Origin: Gammaproteobacteria bacterium
GTDB taxonomy: Bacteria > Pseudomonadota > Gammaproteobacteria > GCA-001735895
Direction: 5' to 3'
DNA length: 64,000 bases
Assembly: GCA_050298595.1 (NCBI GenBank)
Contig: JBNKUM010000062.1
Location: forward strand, 32,001-96,000
Shown here: piece after piece, positions 22,504-31,941 of the stretch
How the letters are laid out: each line of letters opens with the position of its first letter
How positions within the stretch are numbered: position 1 is the stretch's first letter
Position numbers and translations under genes: made by a program
Notes under the pieces: model-generated
Database searches by the model: none
Seen by the model: only the letters and a program-made list of their open reading frames with translations
Told to the model about the DNA's origin: nothing

Positions 22504-24321
22504 ATGTGTGGAATTGCGGGCGCTTTTCTGCGTGAAGGTATGGTATCTCCTGACTCGATAAAGCGAGCGACACAATCGCTGAATCATCGTGGTCCAGATG
22601 GATCTGGAACATTCCACGAGAATGGATTGGCACTATTGCATACGCGTCTTTCTATTATTGATCTGGAAGGAGGTAGCCAGCCGCTATTCTCGGAAGATGA
22701 AGCTCTATGTCTTGTCGCTAATGGTGAAGTTTATAACTATCTTGAGTTACGCCAGCAACTGCAAAGCCTGGGCTACTGTTTCACAACTCATTCGGATTGT
22801 GAGCCTATCATAGCTGCTTATCAGCAGTATGGTGAAGCATGCCTGGCTAGACTTCAGGGAATGTATGCTTTCGCATTATATGATCGAAAAAAGAAACAAT
22901 TGCTAATAGTTAGAGATCGTTTGGGTATTAAGCCTTTATTTCTGCAACAAGATGCAAAAGGTGTATTTTTTGCCTCAGAGATTAAGGCATTACTGGCTAT
23001 TAATGAACAATCAGCACAGGTCAACCCTGCCGGCCTGGTTCAATTTATGCAAAATAATTTTACTACTCAGGAAACAACACTTTACCAGGGTATACAGAGA
23101 GTGTTACCTGGTGAAGCGGTTTTGATTGAAAAAGGTCGTATCGTAAAACGATATCGTTACTGGAAACCAGATCATGTTGCTCCTGTTAGATCTAGTGAAT
23201 TTGATTTACAGCAACAGTTTAGTGAACTGATGGAGCAGGTGATGAAAATTCATCTACGTTCCGATGTGCCTTTTGGCCTGTTCCTCTCAGGTGGCGTTGA
23301 TTCCGCAGTTTTACTGGCGATGCTGGATAAATATGTAGATGGACCTGTTTCTACTTACTCAGTTGGTTTTCCAGGAGCAAGCGTGACCAATGAGTTGACT
23401 GCAGCCAACGCGATAGCCAAACGATACAATACTCAACATACCGTACTCGAACTTCATGAGAATGAGCTTCTGCAATCTCTACCGCATGCAATCTGGTCAG
23501 CAGATGAGCTGATGGGGGATTATGCCAATCTACCGGTTTCCTTGTTGGCACAGCGAGCCTCACAGGATTTGAAAGTAGTCTTTTCTGGAGAAGGGGGTGA
23601 TGAAGTTTTCGCAGGATATGCACGCTACCGTATGCCAGCAATCAAGCGTTTACTGAAACAGTTGCGCTATCCAGGCTCTGGCGGCTTTCGCATGAGCAAA
23701 ACCCTGAAATCGGGTTGGGAAAACCAGCTTTATACTAAACCCTTACTGGAAAAACATGCTGCCTGGTCAGAGCCATTTATATCCTGTTGGCAAGAGTTAC
23801 CGAAAGATTGGCCTGTTATGTCGCGTATGCAAGCTGTTGATATGCAGACATGGCTAGTAGATGATTTACTGGTCAAGGCAGATAGAATGCTAATGGCATG
23901 GGGAATGGAGGGGAGAGTGCCATTTCTGGATCATCGCATCGTTGAGTTTGGTTTGAGTTTACCTGCAGATATGAAGATGCAGGGTAAAAATGGTAAAGCC
24001 TTTCTAAAACATTGGGCACTACAATATCTGCCTAAAGAACATTTGTGGGGTAAAAAGCGTGGGTTCACTGTACCAGTGCATGACTGGTTATCTGGACCTT
24101 TGCTTCATGATCTTGCCAGGGTGCTGCCAGACAATACGGGTATAAAATCCTGGTTTAATCCTAAAGCACTGGACGCATTAATAAAGCGTCAGCAGATAAA
24201 AGGGGATATGACACAACCAATCTGGCGACTATGGCAATTTGCTATCTGGCATAACATTTTTATCGAAGGTGATGGAAGTATGCCAGCAACGAATACCGAC
24301 CCAATAGAAATCATTCAATAG
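22504..24321 (+). CDS. asnB: Asparagine synthase-family glutamine amidotransferase (probably amidates a polysaccharide)
   Basis: MCGIAG Ntn start at 22504; HRGPDG, RLSIID, NGEVYN, LSGGVDS, SGEGGDEVFAGY, RVPFLDH; coupled to a glycosyltransferase. Confidence 0.9.
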   Translation: MCGIAGAFLREGMVSPDSIKRATQSLNHRGPDGSGTFHENGLALLHTRLSIIDLEGGSQPLFSEDEALCLVANGEVYNYLELRQQLQSLGYCFTTHSDCEPIIAAYQQYGEACLARLQGMYAFALYDRKKKQLLIVRDRLGIKPLFLQQDAKGVFFASEIKALLAINEQSAQVNPAGLVQFMQNNFTTQETTLYQGIQRVLPGEAVLIEKGRIVKRYRYWKPDHVAPVRSSEFDLQQQFSELMEQVMKIHLRSDVPFGLFLSGGVDSAVLLAMLDKYVDGPVSTYSVGFPGASVTNELTAANAIAKRYNTQHTVLELHENELLQSLPHAIWSADELMGDYANLPVSLLAQRASQDLKVVFSGEGGDEVFAGYARYRMPAIKRLLKQLRYPGSGGFRMSKTLKSGWENQLYTKPLLEKHAAWSEPFISCWQELPKDWPVMSRMQAVDMQTWLVDDLLVKADRMLMAWGMEGRVPFLDHRIVEFGLSLPADMKMQGKNGKAFLKHWALQYLPKEHLWGKKRGFTVPVHDWLSGPLLHDLARVLPDNTGIKSWFNPKALDALIKRQQIKGDMTQPIWRLWQFAIWHNIFIEGDGSMPATNTDPIEIIQ

Positions 24322-24328
24322 AATAACT

Positions 24329-25393
24329 ATGACGAAATCCATACATATTATTGGTAGTCGGACGCTGGGGGGAGCTGAAAGTTTTTATATGCGTCTGATC
24401 AAAGCGTTACAACAATCAGGTGACCAAAGCCTCGCAATTAATCGACCAAATAGCCTGGTTGCGAAAGAGCTTTCAGGCAGTGTTCCTCAATATCATTGCA
24501 AGATGAGAAGCCAGTGGGATTTTTTATCACGCATGGCAATCAGCAGGGTCATCAAGCAGGAGAAGCCAGACATCGTACAAACCTATATGACTCGGGCAAC
24601 CGTACTCACTCATGTCCCGCAAGGTAAAGGCCCTGTGCATATCGCTAGACTGGGTGGCTATTACAATATTAAAAGGTTTCAACACGCTCATGCCTGGGTT
24701 GGCAATACCAAAGGGATTTGTGATTATCTTGTTGAGCATGGATTGCCTTCGAGTAAGGTTTTTTATATTGGAAATTTTGTGGGTGAAATACAACCAGAGG
24801 ATCAGAGTAAAATCCTCTCGAAGCGTCAACAATTTGGCATTGAAACTGATGCTCTGGTAATTTTTACGTTGGGAAGATTGGTATATAAAAAAGGTTTTGA
24901 TACGCTGATTCATGCTTTCGACCAATTACCCAGCGAGATTAATGCTCGCCCATTACATTTGATCATTGCTGGTGATGGACCTGTGTCTGAAGATTTACAC
25001 TCAAATGTCCAAAAATTGACGAGTCGAAACAGAATTCACTGGACTGGATGGCAAACTGATGCGAGTGATTATTTTCATATGGCAGATTTGTTTGTCTGTC
25101 CTTCACGTGAAGAGCCATTAGGCAATGTTATTCTCGAAGGCTGGGCTTATGGTAAGGCTGTAGTCTCAACCAGGAGTATGGGTGGAATAGAATTAATTAC
25201 CGATAATCAGGATGGATTATTAGTCCCCATTGATCAACCGGATGAGATGGCAAAAGCAATAAAAAGAGTGCTGGAGGATGATTCTTTTCGAGAGTCTATC
25301 GCCCAGCAAGGAACGGCTAGAGTAAACAGCCAATTTACTCAGCAAGTCATCGTATCGCAATATCAGGATTTGTATCAGCAGTTACTGAGTTAA
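24329..25393 (+). CDS. Glycosyltransferase family 4 (GT-B)
   Basis: GGAE N-terminal motif; GRLVYKKG; PSREEPLGNVILEGW (EX7E). Confidence 0.92.
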   Translation: MTKSIHIIGSRTLGGAESFYMRLIKALQQSGDQSLAINRPNSLVAKELSGSVPQYHCKMRSQWDFLSRMAISRVIKQEKPDIVQTYMTRATVLTHVPQGKGPVHIARLGGYYNIKRFQHAHAWVGNTKGICDYLVEHGLPSSKVFYIGNFVGEIQPEDQSKILSKRQQFGIETDALVIFTLGRLVYKKGFDTLIHAFDQLPSEINARPLHLIIAGDGPVSEDLHSNVQKLTSRNRIHWTGWQTDASDYFHMADLFVCPSREEPLGNVILEGWAYGKAVVSTRSMGGIELITDNQDGLLVPIDQPDEMAKAIKRVLEDDSFRESIAQQGTARVNSQFTQQVIVSQYQDLYQQLLS

Positions 25394-25593
25394 TTCATTA
25401 GTGTTTCAGAAGCCGATCAACTAGAAGATAAACAGCTAAAGATTTACCTGTTTCTGGTAAACGTTGGATCGTCGTCTGGTATCAATGATGAGGGTATCGG
25501 CACTAAGAAGTAAATTATTTCAACTTGATTAATTAACCTATGTTAATTATTATTTACTGGCTTAATCTACTTAAGTTGATGGATTTGTTTTTT

Positions 25594-25621
25594 ACCGTAG
25601 TGCTTGCACTACGGTTTTTTT
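25594..25621 (+). terminator. Plus-strand intrinsic terminator between the GT gene and the convergent kinase operon
   Basis: ACCGTAGTGC-TT-GCACTACGGT followed by a T run on the plus strand. Confidence 0.7.
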
Positions 25622-25904
25622 ATCCGTAAAGGATAAAAGCAAGTGCAATGGATGCTAGTAAGCCCAGAATTATGATGATCCAGTCCGAGGAAGAGTAGGA
25701 GTTATTGGTGGTTACTTCTCCAGTATCCTGATGGATTTTCATAAAATTGCTTAGTTCCTCATGTGTCACACTTCCCTGTGAAGCAAGTTTTTTTAATATC
25801 TGAGACCTTACTTCCAGATATTGGGCTCGGGTTAATAAGCCATTGCTGTAATTTTTGACAAGCAGACGTAATGGGCTGGTTGTGTTTTCAGGTTCCTGAT
25901 CCAT
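25620..25904 (-). CDS. Small tail-anchored membrane protein with a SHOCT-like motif
   Basis: YSNGLLTRAQYLEVRSQIL motif; C-terminal TM helix WIIIILGLLASIALAFILYG; starts 1 nt after the kinase stop. Confidence 0.65.
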   Translation of the reverse strand: MDQEPENTTSPLRLLVKNYSNGLLTRAQYLEVRSQILKKLASQGSVTHEELSNFMKIHQDTGEVTTNNSYSSSDWIIIILGLLASIALAFILYG

Positions 25905-25905
25905 A

Positions 25906-27927
25906 TCAATTGCTGTTCTGTGCGTTGATCTGCTTGTTCAGGCTCTGCAGGCGTGGATGATCAGGGAAGAATCTAAGACCTGTCTGTATGTACTCGGTTG
26001 CCTTGATAAAATCACTTTTTGCCAGACTTCTTTCGGCTTCTGACAGGTATAGCTCCGCAAGTTTCGGGTCTTTCAGTAGATAATGTTTGGGGTCTACTCG
26101 TTTCAGCAAAAGCAGTACCGTGGTCAAATCCTCACCGCTTTCAGATTTGATTAATTGTTTATTCTTAACATAAAGGTTATACAGGGAAATCAGGCTGCTC
26201 ATCAGACGGTCTTTCTGTTCCTTGATATTGTCCTCAATAGTCGATAGAGCAACCGAGTCGGGATAATGATGTTTTGCCTGGGAAAGCAAGTTGAGTGCCT
26301 GAGGATAATCGTACAAACCTTCCTTAGGTCTAAATACAGTATTTATTCTATCCCGATAAAAGGTAATGATCTCGCGTCTGAGGCCTACTGATAAAATCTG
26401 TTGATGCTCTGGGCTCATCTGCTCAAGGCCCCAGATAGTTTCTATCATTAATGCTTTGTCACCATTTTGGATGCGTTCAATCTTTTCGTAAATAGATTGT
26501 TCATCGCGAAATGCCATAATTGGTTCGTATCCAGCACCCGCACCGATGATAGCGAGAAATAATGCACCCAGTATGATTTGTGTGCTATGTGACTTTCTTT
26601 GGCGAATACCTTCCTGAAATTTCGCTACTGAAGGGGTTCTATCTTCTCTATTCACGGATAGAGCTTTCACCAGAGTGCGCTGCTGGCGTCGATCCAGACC
26701 TTTAACCGGTTTAGGCTTTATACCAAGCTCCTTAATCTTGGGGGATGCGACTTTATTGTAAGGGTGCTTTCCTCCTGCAAGTAATTGATAGGCAACACAG
26801 GCTAAACCATAGATATCATCGCGCGGATCGGGACTCATACCGGCAAACATTTCAGGTGTTGCGTAGGCTGGGGTTACTGCACTCAGTTTGCCGGGGTCAA
26901 ACATGGTTTGCTCTTTTTCTTCTCCGGCAATAGTGCCAGCGCGTGCGATACCAAAATCTAGTAATTTGACACTACCATCATTGAGTAAAAAGCAGTTACC
27001 AGGTTTGAAATCTGAATGGATCAGGTTTTTCTCGTGTGCATAAGCCAGGCCCAGGCAAAGCTGGTCAATAATATGTAGTGCCTGTTCTGTTTTCAGGGGT
27101 TTCTTGGTGAGATCCTTAATCAGCCGATTTAAGGGCTTACCCTGCAAATATTCCATCGTCATAAAGACGGTATCACCATCACGGTCAAAATCATAAACTG
27201 TAGCAATATTGGGGTGCGCAAGACGTTGTGCCTTACTTGCTTCACGTTGTAGCGCTATAAACGAACCTGAGTACTTTTTAAATGCATCGGTTAATACCTT
27301 TATTGCTACATAGGGATCCTTGTCTTTGGCTTCTACTTTGAGCAGATCTTTAGCCTTGAAGACGACACCCATACCACCCTGACCAAGTCTTTCGAGTAAA
27401 ACGAAACGATTTTTTAAAGTGACCCCTGGCCCCAGGTTTTCATGTTTGACAGATGTTTGAGGGTAAGTTGGAGATGTATTCGTTGGGTGACTATTCGATA
27501 TGTCTGTATCGATACTGAAATCGCCACTGATATCCAGGGTTTCCGCATGGGGAGTTCGGCTCACGGGCATTGCGGTATCGGTCCGTATTATCACGGTTTG
27601 ATCAGCTCTAGCGTCACTTTCTACATAGGCATCTGGAACATCGGTTAGATGCAGTGTTTTATCTTCGTTAAAGTAGGATAAGTCGGTAGATGCCTGACTG
27701 CTGGTTAATGTAGCCTGTATACTTAACTGCGATACGGTTTCTGACAGAAACTTGAATTGTTCATCATTAATTCTATTCTGGGTGTAAAGCTGCTTGAGAT
27801 AGATAAGAGTTTGGGGACTACTACTATGAGAAGCATGGAAAATGGATGTCAGACCTTCTTCCATGTCTTTACGACTCAATGTACCTGACAGAAAGTCACT
27901 AATGATTGATTCACAAATTTCAGACAT
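25906..27927 (-). CDS. Membrane-bound Hanks-type Ser/Thr protein kinase
   Basis: LGQGGMGVV, VAIK, HPNIA, IHSDFKPGN, DFG, PAYATPE, DDIYG; TM helix then a helical TPR-like C-terminal region. Confidence 0.93.
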   Translation of the reverse strand: MSEICESIISDFLSGTLSRKDMEEGLTSIFHASHSSSPQTLIYLKQLYTQNRINDEQFKFLSETVSQLSIQATLTSSQASTDLSYFNEDKTLHLTDVPDAYVESDARADQTVIIRTDTAMPVSRTPHAETLDISGDFSIDTDISNSHPTNTSPTYPQTSVKHENLGPGVTLKNRFVLLERLGQGGMGVVFKAKDLLKVEAKDKDPYVAIKVLTDAFKKYSGSFIALQREASKAQRLAHPNIATVYDFDRDGDTVFMTMEYLQGKPLNRLIKDLTKKPLKTEQALHIIDQLCLGLAYAHEKNLIHSDFKPGNCFLLNDGSVKLLDFGIARAGTIAGEEKEQTMFDPGKLSAVTPAYATPEMFAGMSPDPRDDIYGLACVAYQLLAGGKHPYNKVASPKIKELGIKPKPVKGLDRRQQRTLVKALSVNREDRTPSVAKFQEGIRQRKSHSTQIILGALFLAIIGAGAGYEPIMAFRDEQSIYEKIERIQNGDKALMIETIWGLEQMSPEHQQILSVGLRREIITFYRDRINTVFRPKEGLYDYPQALNLLSQAKHHYPDSVALSTIEDNIKEQKDRLMSSLISLYNLYVKNKQLIKSESGEDLTTVLLLLKRVDPKHYLLKDPKLAELYLSEAERSLAKSDFIKATEYIQTGLRFFPDHPRLQSLNKQINAQNSN

Positions 27928-28741
27928 CTTTTTCTTCGATCTTCGCTTTTACCAGCACTACCGTGCAATTATCACTGCCACCCATCTCCAGCGCAGCATC
28001 TATCAATTGTTGATTAGTTTGTTCAAGAGTTGATTCTTCATTATCCAGAATCTGAATAATTTTTTCATCGCTTAAATCTTTATAAAGGCCATCTGAACAC
28101 AGCAAAAATAGATCATTGTCGTAAATTTCATAATAATCCATATCGACGATAAGCTCAGCTGCGATTCCTACAGCATTTAAAACCACATTTGCTGCAGGGT
28201 GAGATTCCGCCTGCGAAGCATCAATCTTACCCATCCTGACCAGTTCTTCAACAAAACTATGATCTTCTGTTAAACGTTGAAGCTTTTTATCACGATATCG
28301 ATAAACTCTACTATCACCTGCCCAAAGTACAAATACCAGGTTTTTCCAGTTGAACATACAGGCAACTGTGCTACCAATGGTGGACTGTTTGCCGAGCTTG
28401 AGTGCTTTTTGCTGAACCAGTTCATTACTGTGTATCAGATTTTCTTCCAGTAGCAGGATTGAAGCAGCTAGCGTGGGTTGTTTAATAAATTTATTTGCTT
28501 GCTGGGTAATAGTTGAACTGGCGAAGTCACCAGAGTCATGACCGCCCATACCATCAGCAACAATCCACAGGTTCTGTTCGGGAAGGCAGGTAAAGCTATC
28601 CTCGTTACGCGTTCTGACTAACCCGGTGTGAGTTAGGCCAGAATACGAAAAGTTAAAAAATGCTCGTTCTGGTGATTTGGTATTATAGAGTGACAAATTT
28701 CGCCCGGATTTTTTTAGAGTATTCTGTGCAGATGTTATCAT
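27920..28741 (-). CDS. PP2C/PPM-family Ser/Thr phosphatase (Stp1/PppA-like)
   Basis: RTRNEDS, VADGMGGH, GDSRVY, LCSDGL, DNCT; overlaps the kinase start by 8 nt. Confidence 0.93.
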   Translation of the reverse strand: MITSAQNTLKKSGRNLSLYNTKSPERAFFNFSYSGLTHTGLVRTRNEDSFTCLPEQNLWIVADGMGGHDSGDFASSTITQQANKFIKQPTLAASILLLEENLIHSNELVQQKALKLGKQSTIGSTVACMFNWKNLVFVLWAGDSRVYRYRDKKLQRLTEDHSFVEELVRMGKIDASQAESHPAANVVLNAVGIAAELIVDMDYYEIYDNDLFLLCSDGLYKDLSDEKIIQILDNEESTLEQTNQQLIDAALEMGGSDNCTVVLVKAKIEEKDV

Positions 28742-28844
28742 GCCTGATCTGAAAACGAGTTAAAAAATAGTGAGATTTTTTAAATGAATGTAATGTTGGT
28801 GCTAACTATAATCAGCAAAAAAACCTATCAATCTCGGAGGCCTT

Positions 28845-29543
28845 ATGAAATCTGTAGTATCTATTGCCGGGCTGGCATTGATAGCAACTACGTCTGCGCA
28901 AGCTTTTGATATTGGTGTTGGAGTGAAAGCGGGTACGCTTGGGGGAGGGGGTGAGTTGAGATTGACGCTTACGCAAACCATTAATTCACGTCTATCCTTG
29001 ACCAGTGGGAATGCTGGCTATAATGTAACTTTAGGAATCGATGATGGTGATACTGTTGCAACAATAGATGCAACTTTAGATCTGGATTTTGGTACAAGCG
29101 CACTGTTTATTGACTGGCATGTTTTCGATGGAGTGTTCTATGTTACGACCGGATTGATAAAAAATAGTAACACAATTAATTTAGTGGGAAGCTTAACCGA
29201 TTCGTCAATTACTCTAAATGGTCACCCCTATTCTGTTACCGACTTTGTTGACCCAACTATATCAGGAAAAATCAGTATGGGATCTTCATTTCAAACTTAT
29301 CTTGGCATAGGTTGGGGTAGAAATGCTGATGATGATCCTGGACTGTCCGTGTCACTGGATCTGGGAATCGTGCTGATGGATCCCAGCATCGATTTAACGG
29401 CCCCAACAGTTACGAAAAGATCTGGACTTGATCAGGCCGTTATCGATCAAGATGTTAATGCGGCCGAGTCATCTGCAAACAAACACCTTTCTGTTCTGGA
29501 TACCTGGCCAGTAGTTTTTGTCGGAATAAATTACGCATTCTGA
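28845..29543 (+). CDS. Outer-membrane beta-barrel protein, function unknown
   Basis: Signal peptide AQA-F; amphipathic strands (KAGTLGGGGEL, YLGIGWG, LDLGIV); C-terminal GINYAF. Confidence 0.75.
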   Translation: MKSVVSIAGLALIATTSAQAFDIGVGVKAGTLGGGGELRLTLTQTINSRLSLTSGNAGYNVTLGIDDGDTVATIDATLDLDFGTSALFIDWHVFDGVFYVTTGLIKNSNTINLVGSLTDSSITLNGHPYSVTDFVDPTISGKISMGSSFQTYLGIGWGRNADDDPGLSVSLDLGIVLMDPSIDLTAPTVTKRSGLDQAVIDQDVNAAESSANKHLSVLDTWPVVFVGINYAF

Positions 29544-29606
29544 TTTATTTAAAAAAATGCTAATATTGCAGCTATTTTAATCAGCCGCTTTTTTTGAGTT
29601 TAAGAT

Positions 29607-29885
29607 ATGTCTAGATTGGTAATGTGTAGTGTTTTAAAGCGTGAAGCCCCAGCGCTGGATCGAGTTCCTTATCCTGGTGATTTAGGGCAGAGAATCTTTA
29701 ATTCCGTTTCTGCAGAAGGCTGGCAGCAATGGATAACACAGCAAACCATGATCATCAATGAAAATGGACTGTCGACCATGGATCCTACCAGTCTTCAATT
29801 ACTGGAAAAGCACATGCTCAGTTTTCTGTTTGAGGAAGGTGAACTGGCAAACCAACCTTTCAAACCACCTGCAGCGAAAAAGTAG
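29607..29885 (+). CDS. yggX: Fe(II)-trafficking / oxidative damage protection protein
   Basis: MSRLVMC, PYPGDLGQRIFNSVSAEGWQQW, QTMIINE, FLF. Confidence 0.9.
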   Translation: MSRLVMCSVLKREAPALDRVPYPGDLGQRIFNSVSAEGWQQWITQQTMIINENGLSTMDPTSLQLLEKHMLSFLFEEGELANQPFKPPAAKK

Positions 29886-29900
29886 TAAAAATACCCCGTT

Positions 29901-31160
29901 TTATCTGGAGGTTAGATCCCATTTCTCGCTGGTGATGAATTTAAGTGCCTGGTGGGATTGTTTGAGTGCGTTAAAAGTGGCATCAAAATCAGGTGACTGA
30001 GCAAAGATAAAACCCAGGTAACTAGATCCTCTGGGTAGCGGAATCAATTCGTACCCTGGCTGGATATGAATTTCTACATTACTGATATATTTGATCTGTT
30101 GCGCTTTAGTCATGCCTTCAACGCGTTTTAGTACACCATTATTTTGAATGGGTATCATCAGCACACCGGCATAAAGGTCTGTACGCTTGAGCTTCACAAG
30201 CGGCTCGCAAGCTAATTTTATAATGATTTCTTCAAGTTTTACCCCCAGGACATATTCTATGGTTTGTGCGCATTGTCCACCGATCGTCCTGGAAGCTATT
30301 TCAATCAAATAAGGTCCCTTCTCAGTGATTCTTACCTCAGCATGAATCGGCCCGTGAATCAGTCCATAGGCATGACAGCACTTTTCAATTTCACCAATAA
30401 TCTGTTGTTGTGTGTGATCAGGCAGATTACTGGGCGTTATATAGTAACTCTCTTCAAAGTAGGGGCCATTCAGGGGCTCAGGTTTGTCAAACATTGCCAA
30501 CGGGATTATGCGACCCTCCTTAACAAAACCGTCAAAAGCAATTTCTTTCCCGGCAAGAAATGACTCAACTAGGAAATGACTCTTCTCGAACTCAGACCCA
30601 TTTTCATTTTGTAAAATGTCCCTGATGGTTTCGGCGGCTCGGGTAAACTCAATGACGCTATTAGCTCTAATCACACCGCGACTTCCTGACAGCATTAATG
30701 GTTTAAGGACTACCGGGTAGATCAGGTTTTGCGCAACTGTCGCGACATTTGAAAACCGGCAAACCTGGAACTCCGGTACATTGCAACCTTGTCGTTTGAG
30801 ACATTCTCTAGCGAGATCCTTACGGTAGGTAAGTAGGGATGACTGGGGGTCGTTGTGCGGAAGCTTGAGAGCATTCGCGATGCGACTGGTAATGGGAGCA
30901 ACTGAGTCATCGGTAGCTATCACCGTTTTAATATTGAGGGTTTTGGCAGCGTTTAGGACGGTTTGAATCGCTGACTCGGGCTGTGAAAAATCAACAGTAA
31001 TGCCACTGGCGATATGAGAAACTAAGGAGTGTTTACTATTAGAAACTACCAGTAATTGGTAATTTAACTGTTGTACTGCATTGATATAGCTAGCTACGCG
31101 GTAGCTTAATGCAGGTGCAATTAGTAAAACAAACCCTGAGTGTAAGTCAGGGTCTGTCAT
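29901..31160 (-). CDS. ATP-grasp domain protein (L-amino-acid ligase-like)
   Basis: YPVVLKPLMLSGSRGVIR, LVESFLAGKE, FDKPEPLNGPYFEESYYITPS, IHAEVR, IEIASRTIGG; start moved to ATG 31160 to avoid overlap with the IscA-like gene. Confidence 0.85.
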   Translation of the reverse strand: MTDPDLHSGFVLLIAPALSYRVASYINAVQQLNYQLLVVSNSKHSLVSHIASGITVDFSQPESAIQTVLNAAKTLNIKTVIATDDSVAPITSRIANALKLPHNDPQSSLLTYRKDLARECLKRQGCNVPEFQVCRFSNVATVAQNLIYPVVLKPLMLSGSRGVIRANSVIEFTRAAETIRDILQNENGSEFEKSHFLVESFLAGKEIAFDGFVKEGRIIPLAMFDKPEPLNGPYFEESYYITPSNLPDHTQQQIIGEIEKCCHAYGLIHGPIHAEVRITEKGPYLIEIASRTIGGQCAQTIEYVLGVKLEEIIIKLACEPLVKLKRTDLYAGVLMIPIQNNGVLKRVEGMTKAQQIKYISNVEIHIQPGYELIPLPRGSSYLGFIFAQSPDFDATFNALKQSHQALKFITSEKWDLTSR

Positions 31161-31200
31161 TGAAGAGTTTATTGGTGAAAAACCTGGGAGGTATTCGTAA

Positions 31201-31638
31201 TCAGGCGCAACCGCCACCAGCAGAACCACAGGATCCACAGGTGCCCGAGCCACCTGTTTCGGCGAAAACATTATTGAATACAAATCGCTCGCGTCCAATT
31301 TCTTCGATATAGTCGATCTGAGCACCACGCAGATAATTTAGTGCAACTACATCAACCATCACTTTGAAACCATCAAATTCCTGAACGGTATCAAATTCGG
31401 TAATCTGGTCAGTAAAGGTCATACCATAAGACATGCCGCCACAACCGCCGCCACCGACGTAAATACGGATGCCTTCGACATCATCTTCAGATTGACTCAC
31501 GATTTCAGCCAGTTTGGATTGAGCCGATGCTGTCACTTCAAGATCACTTTCGGTCAGTTTAGTACTGAATATATCCGAAATAGAGGCTTCGGATGCATTG
31601 TTTGCTGCAGGTGGGGTATAGATTCCAACTTCGGACAT
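31201..31638 (-). CDS. HesB/IscA-family A-type Fe-S carrier with an atypical Cys/Gly-rich C-terminus
   Basis: GIRIYVGGGGCGGMSYGMTF, YLRGAQIDY, FVFNN; tail TCGSCGSAGGGCA. Confidence 0.85.
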   Translation of the reverse strand: MSEVGIYTPPAANNASEASISDIFSTKLTESDLEVTASAQSKLAEIVSQSEDDVEGIRIYVGGGGCGGMSYGMTFTDQITEFDTVQEFDGFKVMVDVVALNYLRGAQIDYIEEIGRERFVFNNVFAETGGSGTCGSCGSAGGGCA

Positions 31639-31941
31639 AATAATTTACCTAACTCTATGTGTTTGAACGGATATTAGCATATCAAGGGACCTGGATGACA
31701 ATGCTATTAGCATCTTTACAAAGGCATATTATATACAAATATGCTTTTAATATTCCCTGAAAAACGTAGTGATAGTCTATGTTGGGCTTGATTTGGTTAT
31801 TTCAAGCATTGTCTAAGGTTCGCGCTATAGTGCTATTGCCTGATCTGTTTTACAATACGCCGCTTTCTCATTCGCGGTCGTAACTGTTTTTAATAGCATT
31901 GTTATGGTCACCTGCTTACCAGAATTAATTGATACGATAAT

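Noticed and set aside
22294-25620. Integrative element or prophage at tRNA-Pro
   Set aside because: No integrase and no distal direct repeat of the tRNA 3' end
31145-31203. Selenocysteine read-through at the TGA ending the HesB-like gene
   Set aside because: The TGA follows a complete Cys motif, I see no SECIS-like hairpin after it, and read-through hits another stop within about 18 codons
31161-31328. N-terminal extension of the ATP-grasp ORF to 31328
   Set aside because: Overlaps the IscA-like gene by 128 nt in another frame; ATG at 31160 gives a clean 40-nt gap
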